A stretch of 30,727 nt of DNA from Thermoproteota archaeon (lineage in GTDB: Archaea > Korarchaeota > Korarchaeia > Korarchaeales > Korarchaeaceae): positions 1 to 30,727 of the forward strand of contig WALU01000036.1 of NCBI GenBank assembly GCA_015522685.1. The letters run 5' to 3'. A program made the translations under genes and the position numbers. The notes under the pieces are model-generated. The model was not told the DNA's origin. It saw only the letters and a list, made by a program, of their open reading frames with translations, and searched no databases. This document shows, in pieces, positions 8,941 through 17,910 of the stretch (position 1 is its first letter; every line of letters begins with the position of its first letter).

Positions 8941-9378
8941 ATGCCAAGATCTGGGAGGGTAGAGAAGATCCTTAAGGAGCTTGCTGATCTATCTCCAGAG
9001 GAATCAAGAGAATTAGCTGACGAGATGAGGAGATCTGAGAATAGAAAGGTTAGGGGCTTGAAGATACTCATATGCAATCCTTGGATGATGAACAGGGCGA
9101 CTTTTCTCATGTTGCAGCTAGCATGGGTGATAGTTGCTGCCATGTCATTGATAGCCGGCATATACCTCCTAACACCAGCTTACGCCATATCCAGCAACAC
9201 TACGGAGATCATGAAGTCCTTCTTGGAGGCTGTTGCCCAGAACCCGGATTTGTTAGGTGTAGCTGATCCTGTCATGAAGCTTCTCGGCTTCGCTATGCTT
9301 GTAGTCGCTGTTGTGGCCTTCTATCAAGCTCATATGCTAAGACAGGCATATGAGGAGCACTGGGGCGGCTGGGAATGA
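8941..9378 (+). CDS. Hypothetical two-TM membrane protein, translationally coupled to the permease
   Basis: Charged helical N-terminus, two hydrophobic segments, ATGA overlap at 9375-9378; start could be 8902. Confidence 0.7.
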   Translation: MPRSGRVEKILKELADLSPEESRELADEMRRSENRKVRGLKILICNPWMMNRATFLMLQLAWVIVAAMSLIAGIYLLTPAYAISSNTTEIMKSFLEAVAQNPDLLGVADPVMKLLGFAMLVVAVVAFYQAHMLRQAYEEHWGGWE

Positions 9379-11228
9379 GGCTCAGGGGAATAATGGATTA
9401 CCTAATGGTTATGATGGGAGTTCTAGCTGCTCTCGCCGCCCTAGTCCTGATGGTAGCGTTCGGGCTCCTCTCATTCGAGGAGAGCCCTGGCTTACTCAGC
9501 CTCTTCATGTCATTTCCTCTGCTCGTTGATATATTTGTTCTATCTCCTGGGATTCCTCTTCTGTATTTAATCCTCCTAACGGTGCCTCTCATCCTTCTAC
9601 TGGCTTTAGCAATGAGAATTCTCATAAACTTCAGGGCAGTTGGGGGAAGAGAAATTAAGAAGCATACAGCCAGATATGGATTGGGACAGCTTGTTCTTTT
9701 CGGTATTGGCGCTACACTTGGTCCATCAGTTTTCGTGGTCCTTCCTGAGGCAGTTGGGAGGTACAGCTTCAGCTCCATTTGGGGAGTCATTTTAGCTTCG
9801 ATATCTGCCTTTCTACTTGCCCTGCTTTACGCTAAAATGGACTATCTCACATTTAAATTGGGTAGTCCAGCTGTTGGCGGTCCTGCTTTCGTTAGGAGAG
9901 CCTATGGATCAAAGCATCCTTCATACATGGCGTCTAGGTTCAGCATGTGGGTAGCCAATACTTCGCTGGCTGCCTTCAATATGCTAGTTCTAATGGATGT
10001 AGTCACTCTCTACGTCGTACCTGATCTCCTTTCTCTGGTAGGGATGGCTTACCTTGCTCAAAGCCTTAATATGCCTCTTAGGGCGCTCATATTCATTTTA
10101 ACGCTAGTAGCCCTCAAGTATGCGAACGATGAAGCATCCTTGGTGAAGCTCCAGTTTTATCTGGGTCCAATATTCGTGGGCCTCTTCATCCTCCACATGG
10201 TCACCCTATTCATATCACCAGCTAGAGGAGGGATTCATGGCTCTTTGATCTCGTTTGATGCTTTACCGGCAATGGCCTTCGTTTACATGGTAATCTTCGG
10301 ATTTCAGGAAATTCAGAGCTTAGCAGAAGGTATTCCTGGGGGAGGAGAGTATAGAGAGAAGCTATTGAGGAAAGCTCTAGCCATAAGCGTTATCCTCCCT
10401 GCTACAATATTCGTCCTCTATTCCTTGGCAGTTTACCTGATTGGCTACGTCCCAGAAACTTCAATACCTGCCGTTGATCTGACTTCCGGCTATGCTAGAG
10501 GCTTGGCTGAAGGAGCTCTGCTCCTTGGCATAGCGACTACCTTTATTCCTGCTTTGGTAACAGCATCAAATCATCTCAGGGAGATGCTGATAGATATATT
10601 TGATGTGAGAAGGGAGATAGCTGAATCTCCTGTTGGCAGGTATCTAGTAGCCTTCTTTGTCCTCATACTCTTATCTGCAAATGCCACTTACCTAGTGGAA
10701 CTGACTGACTTCGGAGTTCTAATATCGATGATGGCGATCGCTTGGAGCGTTACAAAGCTGGAGAAGATGGCTGGAGTGGAAGAGAAGACCGGTCTTCCTC
10801 TAGCTTCAGTCCTGTTTACAGGGATAGCTGCCTTAGTTCTATCCATCACATCACCAGATGTGGCTTTCGGAGGAATACTCTTCATTCTGGTCGCAACAAT
10901 ATCTTTAGGCATAGTAGCATACGAGCTTGAGGTTGTAGAAATGCTTACGCTTGTTACCGCTCTTATAGCACTAATATCATCGCCAGCTGTAATAGAAGCA
11001 ATGAAGGGACTGTTGAGCATGGGTGCCCTCCCTCCAACTATAGTGACCTTCCTTCCCTTCGCTCAGATATCCCTCGATATACTGGCAATATCCACTGTGA
11101 TGCTCATCATCTACCTGCTGGTCAAGAATAGGAAGGCAGCTCTAGCAATAATTGCTCCCCTGATCGGGCTCGCTCTGATTATAAAGGAGAGATTAGAAGG
11201 AGAATTTAAGGAAATCATACATGAATAA
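9375..11228 (+). CDS. APC-superfamily (amino acid permease-like) transporter with extra TM helices
   Basis: TM1-like LFGIGATLGPSVF, GGPAFVRRAYG loop, TM6-like IFGFQEIQSLAE; very hydrophobic throughout. Confidence 0.78.
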   Translation: MRLRGIMDYLMVMMGVLAALAALVLMVAFGLLSFEESPGLLSLFMSFPLLVDIFVLSPGIPLLYLILLTVPLILLLALAMRILINFRAVGGREIKKHTARYGLGQLVLFGIGATLGPSVFVVLPEAVGRYSFSSIWGVILASISAFLLALLYAKMDYLTFKLGSPAVGGPAFVRRAYGSKHPSYMASRFSMWVANTSLAAFNMLVLMDVVTLYVVPDLLSLVGMAYLAQSLNMPLRALIFILTLVALKYANDEASLVKLQFYLGPIFVGLFILHMVTLFISPARGGIHGSLISFDALPAMAFVYMVIFGFQEIQSLAEGIPGGGEYREKLLRKALAISVILPATIFVLYSLAVYLIGYVPETSIPAVDLTSGYARGLAEGALLLGIATTFIPALVTASNHLREMLIDIFDVRREIAESPVGRYLVAFFVLILLSANATYLVELTDFGVLISMMAIAWSVTKLEKMAGVEEKTGLPLASVLFTGIAALVLSITSPDVAFGGILFILVATISLGIVAYELEVVEMLTLVTALIALISSPAVIEAMKGLLSMGALPPTIVTFLPFAQISLDILAISTVMLIIYLLVKNRKAALAIIAPLIGLALIIKERLEGEFKEIIHE

Positions 11229-11294
11229 GCTCTGAATTGATGACCAAGGCAGAGAAGAGCTATTAATTGATTTTCGCTCTCTTGCTATATATGC

Positions 11295-11321
11295 TATATA
11301 GTTTATATTTAAAACTATATA
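11295..11321. promoter_or_regulatory. Perfect 10-bp inverted repeat in the pstS promoter
   Basis: TATATAGTTT-ATATTTA-AAACTATATA enclosing TTTATA/TTTAAA boxes. Confidence 0.55.
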
Positions 11322-11398
11322 TACATACGTAATTGTTAAAAAACAGCAGCATCTCTCCTTACATAGCCTACGAGATAGGCCAATTCGAGGTGGCAGAA

Positions 11399-12535
11399 AT
11401 GAGCAAAGGGAGTCAGTTAGCAATCGCTCTAGCTGTGATAGCCATCGTATCAATCATGGGATATGTGTTGCTTGGATCTAGCAAGGTGCAGACTACAGAA
11501 ACCAGCTATAAAACTGATACTAATATTGGAAATCCCACAGAGAAAGTTAAGCTTCTGGGCTCAGGAGCTACTTTTCCCTACCCCCAGTTAATCAGCTGGA
11601 TGGATGACTTCCATAAAGAATACTCCAACATAATAATAAACTACAATCCGGTTGGAAGCGGAACAGGACAGAATCAATTTTTCGGTAGGGTAGTAGACTT
11701 CGCTGGTAGTGATCCGCCTGTATCCAAGGCTAAGTGGCAAGAATGGAAGGGCAAGTTTGTTCAGATGCCGTATATCTTGGGAGCCGTAGTTATATCATAT
11801 AACTTGCCAAATATAGGAAGTAAGGAGCTTAAGCTAGATGGAGAAACCATAGCTTTAATCTATAAGGGAGAGATCCAATACTGGGACGATCCAAAAATCG
11901 CGTCCCTAAATCCGGGGATTAAGCTCCCGCATAGAAGGATAATTGCAATTCACAGATCTGATTCCAGTGGAACAACTAATATATTCACACTCTTCCTCTA
12001 TAAAGCCGCTCCAAATATATGGCCTGAAGACCTAGTAGGGAAGAGTATTGAATGGCCTGTGGATAAGAGAGGCAATGGTGTTGGAGGAAAGGGAAATCCA
12101 GGCGTAGCTGAAATATTATCATCAACCAAAAACTCATTGGGGTATGTGGAGCTGGCATATGCCATAGAAAAGAAAATGCCAGTAGCTCTCATAAAGAACA
12201 AGGAGAGTAAATTCGTCAGGCCTACAACAGAGACTATAACTAACGCTGCAGCAGGTGCTCTTAAATCATTACCGAATAGTCCTTTAGATGATTTCAGCAA
12301 CGATTTGGATGCTGTAGTCTATGCTCCAGGTGAAAATTCTTATCCGATAGCATCATTCAGCCATCTGCTTTTTTATACGAAGTATAACGACTTAAGTAAG
12401 CTCAAAGCAATAAAAGGATTCATAAGATATGTGAATACTGAGGGCCAAAACAAAATAGTGCCTGGCTATGCTCCAATACCCAAACAGCTAAGAGAGATAA
12501 ACTTAAAGGCCATCGACATAATAAAGGGTCCATAG
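11399..12535 (+). CDS. pstS: Phosphate ABC transporter substrate-binding protein
   Basis: GSGATFPYP, YNPVGSGTG, VDFAGSDPP, HRSDSSGTTNIFT, GKGNPGV, GYVELAYA, YPI; N-terminal TM anchor; GAGGTG RBS before ATG 11399. Confidence 0.96.
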   Translation: MSKGSQLAIALAVIAIVSIMGYVLLGSSKVQTTETSYKTDTNIGNPTEKVKLLGSGATFPYPQLISWMDDFHKEYSNIIINYNPVGSGTGQNQFFGRVVDFAGSDPPVSKAKWQEWKGKFVQMPYILGAVVISYNLPNIGSKELKLDGETIALIYKGEIQYWDDPKIASLNPGIKLPHRRIIAIHRSDSSGTTNIFTLFLYKAAPNIWPEDLVGKSIEWPVDKRGNGVGGKGNPGVAEILSSTKNSLGYVELAYAIEKKMPVALIKNKESKFVRPTTETITNAAAGALKSLPNSPLDDFSNDLDAVVYAPGENSYPIASFSHLLFYTKYNDLSKLKAIKGFIRYVNTEGQNKIVPGYAPIPKQLREINLKAIDIIKGP

Positions 12536-12536
12536 A

Positions 12537-12605
12537 TCTTTTCTAATTTCCTTTCATCTTAGTTTTTCTATATATACTGATTTTGCTTCTTACTTTCCTT
12601 TCTAA
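12537..12605 (+). terminator. T-rich archaeal terminator region after pstS
   Basis: Several oligo-T/pyrimidine runs directly after the stop codon. Confidence 0.4.
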
Positions 12606-12625
12606 TTGCTACCATCAAGACATAC

Positions 12626-13059
12626 CTAAGGATCTATACCTTCTTGCTCTACATAATCTAATCTAGAAGTCTTCTCATAATAATCCCTATCTCCTCTATT
12701 CTCTGCAGAAGAGAGTAAAGCATCTCGTGGTCCACTCCTGTATAGATATGGACAAGTATGTTCCTCAAGCCTGCCATAGAGGAGAGCCTGCTACTTTCCT
12801 CCACCGTGAGAACTCCTTGTTCTGCGAGCCTCCTTCCGACTTCATGATACGTGGAAGGTGTAGACCAACCCTTCTTAGCTATTATAAAGCTTCCTACATC
12901 TAGAGGAGCCTCTATTGCTACGTGGAAGTTCCTCTCAGTAGTGTCGATCACTAGCGGGTTGCTGAAGAAATATTTCCTTCCCATCTCCCTTATCCTACTT
13001 AGCCGAAGTATAGCTTCTCTGAACCTCTTAATCCTACCTATCAAACCAGGGCTAGGCAT
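12626..13059 (-). pseudogene. hepT: HEPN (DUF86) toxin truncated by a 5-bp duplication
   Basis: ERNFHVAIE, PSTYHEV, LRNILVHIY; ATCTA x2 at 12656-12665 creates the stop; removing one copy restores LLDYVEQEGIDP*. Confidence 0.8.
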
Positions 13060-13461
13060 TCCTGATCGACCTCATCATCCCCCCTAGCCATCATCTCATA
13101 GTGATACTTGAAGTCCAAGAACTCCATGATTGCTCTAGTTTTATCTTCCACGAGCTGGATCTCATCCCTGGTCAGTATAACTATCCCCTCCCTGAAAATC
13201 TCGTAGCGAAGGGGAGATGGGCTTCACCTAGATCTACTGGATGAATAGGCATTCCAACATCTAATTCTAGCTCGGAGGCTAGCCTACCGAGCTCCATCAG
13301 ATCAGACTTCCTCCTAAACTTTAGAGCGCGCGCAAGTCGATGTCGCTATCTCTCCTCAACTCGCTTCTCGCGGCCGATCCGAACAGTATCGCATATATAA
13401 CATTCTCCTCTTTTATCAGGGCTTTGTTAAGCTTTTCCTTCAATTAATTCAACTTCATCAT
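13052..13461 (-). pseudogene. mntA: MNT antitoxin pseudogene
   Basis: MMKLN*LKEKL...YAILFGSAARSELRRDSDIDL, frameshift at a GC run (~13326-13333), second shift before PLRYEIFREG...FLDFKYHYE; stop overlaps the HEPN start. Confidence 0.88.
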
Positions 13462-13572
13462 GCGTTCAACCGTTTAATGCTTAATAATGATGATAAATTG
13501 GATCGGATTAGATCGTAGATGTCTGTTGGACTGCAATATATAAAAAGCATTTCAGGAAAAATGGAATTGAGG

Positions 13573-14076
13573 TTATTTCTCCTTATTTAGAGCTTCCTTT
13601 ATGAATCTAAGCCTTTTGCCCCTAGATAGAGGCTCTAGTTCCTTCTCATACTTCTTCTCTAGATTTTCAAGCTTGAAGTGAGCATATAGGGCTTCCCACA
13701 CCTTCATGCCGGTCTCTAAGGTCTCATAATCGTCATCGGTCACAAACCTGAGTCCATCGAACATGGCCTTCATCCCACTGGCCTCTGGAGTTTTCTCGAG
13801 CTCTCCTCTTATGTCAGCAGCGTGAACTACTTCAGCTATTCTATGGATGTAAGGATCTTTTATGGAGTATTTATCAGCGATAACTTCGAAAGTGCACTTA
13901 TTATCCCTGTGGCCATGCTCCACACCCTTTATGTCGAAGGGTATCTGATCTGGCTTAGGTTTCTCTTCAGGCCAATCTATAAAGCCGAATTCCGCTTGAG
14001 AATCCACAAATCTCTTAATAAGCCAGGCGGAAGCTGTCCTATCAACGCCTGGAAAAGTCCGGGTGACCCACTTCAT
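13573..14076 (-). CDS. chrB: Chromate resistance protein ChrB, C-terminal-domain type
   Basis: MKWVTR..P.VDRTASAWLIKRFVD..AEF, PFDIKGVEHGH...CTFE, VHAAD, PEASG. Confidence 0.88.
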   Translation of the reverse strand: MKWVTRTFPGVDRTASAWLIKRFVDSQAEFGFIDWPEEKPKPDQIPFDIKGVEHGHRDNKCTFEVIADKYSIKDPYIHRIAEVVHAADIRGELEKTPEASGMKAMFDGLRFVTDDDYETLETGMKVWEALYAHFKLENLEKKYEKELEPLSRGKRLRFIKEALNKEK

Positions 14077-14580
14077 CTAATTACCCTTATATCCTGTGGA
14101 GGCCCCTTAAAAAGCACTCCTCATCCAATAGATTTCAATGCATCCCCCATTTTTAGGAATATAAACCCATATTCTTTAGATATAGTCATGGAATAAAATT
14201 CCATATGATTCTCAAAGAGGTAACTTCGGAGTACATTGATTCCTTGAAGTATGTCAGGGAGATTAAGAGGGAGTTGAGAATTCCTCAAGGGATCTCCTGA
14301 TATAATGGATGTCGGCAAGTAAGCTTATAGAAAGCGTGAGAGCCGAATATCCTGAAGGAAAGGTCTGCCTATTCCTAGATGAGGTTCAGAATTGGGAAGA
14401 CTAAGGTAGAAGGATCAGATGGCTTCATGATGTTAAGGCTTTCTTTCTCTACGTTTCAGGCTCTTCCTCTGTACTTCAATCCTCCGAAAATACCAACAAA
14501 GCTTAGAGGCGTTATATATCTAAATTAGTTCTTCCTTTATCTTTCAGAAAGAGAGAGAAGATGCGTTGTAGATATCGTAC

Positions 14581-14616
14581 CTTTATAGTCATGACTCATA
14601 AGTCATGAAAGTAAAG
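14581..14616. promoter_or_regulatory. Nested palindrome upstream of the PLD gene
   Basis: TCATGACT-CATA-AGTCATGA (14589-14608) overlapping AGTCATGACT (14587-14596), flanked by CTTTA/TAAAG. Confidence 0.5.
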
Positions 14617-14663
14617 ATAAAAGCAAGTAAGCGAGTATTCAATTACCTAAATGTGGCGATCTC

Positions 14664-15206
14664 ATGTCATCTAGATGGGCGCTCCTTTCCATAATTCTGC
14701 TTATCTTTGGGATGACTCTCGGATATGTGAGCAAATGCGGCACTAATGCTACACTTAGCACGGGAGCTATCATAGATGGTCCCTTCTTCTGCCCTGAGGA
14801 TCATTGCTCAAGCATAGTCATAAGATGGATATCTAAAGCCAACAGCAGCATAGATTTGGCCATGTACTCCTTTACACTGGATTCCATCGGAGATTCCCTA
14901 ATCAATGCTCATAAAAGGAGGATAGATGTTAAGGTTATCTTAGAAAGAAACCAGATAAACCAGTGGTCTGAATACAATAAGCTAAAGAAGAACGGCATTA
15001 AAGTTATGATTGATAAAAATCCAAGATATATGCACAACAAGTTCATGGTTATAGATGGTGAGGTGGTTCTCACAGGAAGCTACAATTATACGAAGGAAGC
15101 AGACACTAGAAACGATGAGAACTTGATAGTGATCGTGAGCAGGAGCGTTGCCAGGGCATATGATGGCGAGTTCGAGGAAATGTGGAAGGGAAAGTTCGGA
15201 TCTTAG
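14664..15206 (+). CDS. Single-HKD phospholipase D-family nuclease (Nuc/Zucchini-like) with signal peptide or TM anchor
   Basis: FCP, SIDLAMYSFT, MHNKFMVID...TGSYNYT...NDEN; hydrophobic N-terminus. Confidence 0.9.
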   Translation: MSSRWALLSIILLIFGMTLGYVSKCGTNATLSTGAIIDGPFFCPEDHCSSIVIRWISKANSSIDLAMYSFTLDSIGDSLINAHKRRIDVKVILERNQINQWSEYNKLKKNGIKVMIDKNPRYMHNKFMVIDGEVVLTGSYNYTKEADTRNDENLIVIVSRSVARAYDGEFEEMWKGKFGS

Positions 15207-15633
15207 AAATGAGATGAACACCTCATCCAGTCTAGTTATAATAAGTCTATGCTAATCAGAAGTCTAGTTATCTCAAACAGCCTCACAATTATCAGAGAGC
15301 ATGGGGGCTATAAAGATATTCAGGGTGAATGAGATCGCTAGTAGCTACTAGTGATATCGATATCATCGTTAGGACTTGAACTTCACGTCTTTCAGCCACC
15401 CTCCATAGACTCCACCTGCACAATCTTTTGGGTATATGTGATTGTGGGGTTGAAGAGACCTCAGTAATTGGTAATCAATAAAGAGGAAGGTATCATGGAT
15501 ATCCGGCCATTATTGAGAATATTAGGTAGAGAGATTGGCATTCCAATGCATTAAGTCAGATTCTTCAGGTTGCTATCTTCCACTATAGTCTGATCTGAGC
15601 ATTTAAGGAAAAGATGGAGATTATAAGGTAGAG

Positions 15634-16044
15634 TTATTGATCTTTGGGGCTTTCACCTATTAATATTACATCTCCATAAACATTCACTAGTTTAGGATTC
15701 GATGTTATTAGAGAAGCCTTCTTATCGATAGCAGTTGCTATCGAAATTGCATCTTGTATCGAAAGTAATTTCTTTATCATCAGGCGACCAGCAGCCAGAG
15801 CTATGCTCTCATTCACTTCTATCAGTTTAACTGGCCACCTCCTGATCGTTGCAATCACTTCATTGGCCTTGCTCATTTCTAGCTCGCTACCTACCAAATA
15901 GTAGAGCTCGCTTACTGCCAGATAGTTTATATATAAGCTGGCTTCTTTTAATATAGCTTTATCTAGAAGCTCCTCTATCAAGCTAGAACCTTTCTTGCCT
16001 GTCAGATATGTTAAGATAGAGCTAGTATCTAGAACAAAGCTCAT
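15634..16044 (-). CDS. vapC: PIN-domain toxin (VapC family)
   Basis: FVLDTS, SELYY, LSIQDAISIATA, LITSN; ATGA overlap with the AbrB gene. Confidence 0.88.
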   Translation of the reverse strand: MSFVLDTSSILTYLTGKKGSSLIEELLDKAILKEASLYINYLAVSELYYLVGSELEMSKANEVIATIRRWPVKLIEVNESIALAAGRLMIKKLLSIQDAISIATAIDKKASLITSNPKLVNVYGDVILIGESPKDQ

Positions 16045-16253
16045 AGGCCCTCCCTTCTATATCTTGAGATTAGTTCTAGGAGATCGCCCTTTAACTGAAG
16101 TTCCCCTCTTCCTCTGTTTGTAGGTAATGGCACTATGACTATTTCATCTCCAAAATCTAAAATTTCAACATTTTTGCCTGGAGCGATCCCGTACTTCTTC
16201 CTAATCCTCGCTGGAAGAACGAGCTGACCTTTTGTAGAGACCTTAGCAGGCAT
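16041..16253 (-). CDS. vapB: AbrB/MazE-family antitoxin
   Basis: KVSTKGQLVLPARIRKKYGI.PG..V....EIVIVP; ATG 16253 or GTG 16262. Confidence 0.9.
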   Translation of the reverse strand: MPAKVSTKGQLVLPARIRKKYGIAPGKNVEILDFGDEIVIVPLPTNRGRGELQLKGDLLELISRYRREGL

Positions 16254-16444
16254 ATTCCTCACTCTTTAGTAATACTAATCGCTTATAAGTATTACCTTAA
16301 ATTATACAATTCAGTGCTATCTATATATTAGTAACTGAAAAATAGTGAGAATAAAAAATATACTTCTTTGATAGAAGTCAATTGAAGTAAATATCTGTAA
16401 TACATGATAAATAATTGATTAGAATTTTTTGGTAAAACAAAATT

Positions 16445-16474
16445 AAAATTTGTATTACTAAAATTTGTATTACT
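16445..16474. repeat. Perfect 15-bp tandem repeat AAAATTTGTATTACT x2
   Basis: Copies at 16445-16459 and 16460-16474. Confidence 0.9.
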
Positions 16475-16767
16475 GAGAATGAGAATAGAAATAGAAAAAG
16501 CCAAATGGACCTTAGAAACCTTTCAGGAGATTAGAGAGTGCCTGAAAGCCTAAAAATAGATAAAGTAAGGAAAAACCACAGGATATAATATTTCTTATCT
16601 GCCAGCCCGACAGCAGTTTGCCGCTTAGCTTATCTAGATGTTTAGAGGCTATATTAATCCAGTTCTGGTGCAAGGCTCTAATAACCTAACTGTAGGCCTT
16701 CCTTGAGAATGTCCAATAATCAATCACTAGTTATCCTTTTAATCTGAGGATAGGCTAATCCCTGTTG

Positions 16768-17430
16768 ATGAGAAAGATCTCTAGGGACTGTGTCAGGAAA
16801 GAGGAGTACGAGCTGCTCTATAATCTTGGGAGCTTAGTGAGGGAGGCTGTAGGTTATGCTATCTCTAGACTCTCTGCCAATGGATTTAAGCTAAAAGAGG
16901 CGGAGGTTCCTCGCTTATTTCTCCACTGCATGCATCTGCTAACTACTAGTTTCAATTATGAGGACCTAAGCGAGATGGATACATCCTATATGGAGTTCTA
17001 CAAGTTCTTCAGAAAGTACATAGAAGAGAGATTTTGGCTGATAGTCTGGCGCCTCCTTGAGCTAAGAGGTGTGAAAGTCAAGGAGATTATAATAACGGAT
17101 AGGATGGGAGGTGAAGGGCTATCCGAGTTCAGATACTACATGGGAAGAGATATAGACTGTATGATAGTAGTCAATGGCTCGCTAAGTAAAGCCAAGATAG
17201 AGGCGAGAAGGATAGAGGAGGAGTTGAACAACGTGGTAAGTAACGAGCTTCAGAAGGTGGCGATAGATAAAAGAGCTGATGACTACCTTGAAAATCACGA
17301 ATCCTACAACCTGTTTGAGATAGAAGTCTTCGACAGCGAGGAGGAGGCTAAGAGGTGGGGGATAATAGCGAAGTATGATAAGAAGATGTATAAGAAAGAA
17401 ATAGCCAAAACAATCTTTCCATTAGGATAA
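16768..17430 (+). CDS. Uncharacterised protein with divergent nucleotidyltransferase-like fold (paralog 1)
   Basis: VKEIIITDRMGGEGL...GRDIDCMIVV...LFEIEVF; TTTTAAT about 25 nt upstream; full-length similarity to 17911-18552. Confidence 0.75.
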   Translation: MRKISRDCVRKEEYELLYNLGSLVREAVGYAISRLSANGFKLKEAEVPRLFLHCMHLLTTSFNYEDLSEMDTSYMEFYKFFRKYIEERFWLIVWRLLELRGVKVKEIIITDRMGGEGLSEFRYYMGRDIDCMIVVNGSLSKAKIEARRIEEELNNVVSNELQKVAIDKRADDYLENHESYNLFEIEVFDSEEEAKRWGIIAKYDKKMYKKEIAKTIFPLG

Positions 17431-17511
17431 CTTATATTTCTCTAGGGAAGCTGCGTTAGGAATTAGGCAGTTACCTCCATTTTTATCTTACTTAATTAAA
17501 TTCGTCCTACA

Positions 17512-17658
17512 ATGAACCAAATATTTGCAAATATGATGTTCATCCTGCTTGCGATCCTCACAGGAGTAATAGATTTCGTACCATCCACAACTTATGCTAT
17601 GCAATTCATAATGCTGCCCTTTTCATTAATCATTAGGAAAATAGATAAGAGAGTTTAA
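17512..17658 (+). CDS. Possible 48-aa hydrophobic small protein
   Basis: MNQIFANMMFILLAILTGVIDFVPSTTYAMQFIMLPFSLIIRKIDKRV*; AT-rich TTAATTAAA just upstream. Confidence 0.25.
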   Translation: MNQIFANMMFILLAILTGVIDFVPSTTYAMQFIMLPFSLIIRKIDKRV

Positions 17659-17910
17659 GAATCTGCTAACTAAGAGGATCTTAGCAGGCAGGACCCTCAG
17701 CGAAGGTTATTAGCAGAGAAGGGAGATTGCCTAGATGCAAACGGCGAACCGATCAAGTTAGAGGGGATAAGTCGCTTATGTCATTTAATGAATCTCAGTT
17801 CCGATTAGAGAAGATTTAGTTCCTTATGAGTAATAATAATATAAATTTGAAGAGAGAACCATGTAAGAGGAATTAAGTTTATAAAATGGTCCACATCTAT
17901 AACAGCATAG

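Noticed and set aside
14121-14560. ORF 14121-14318 and neighbouring broken frames
   Set aside because: Probably eroded coding DNA, but no motif supports a call
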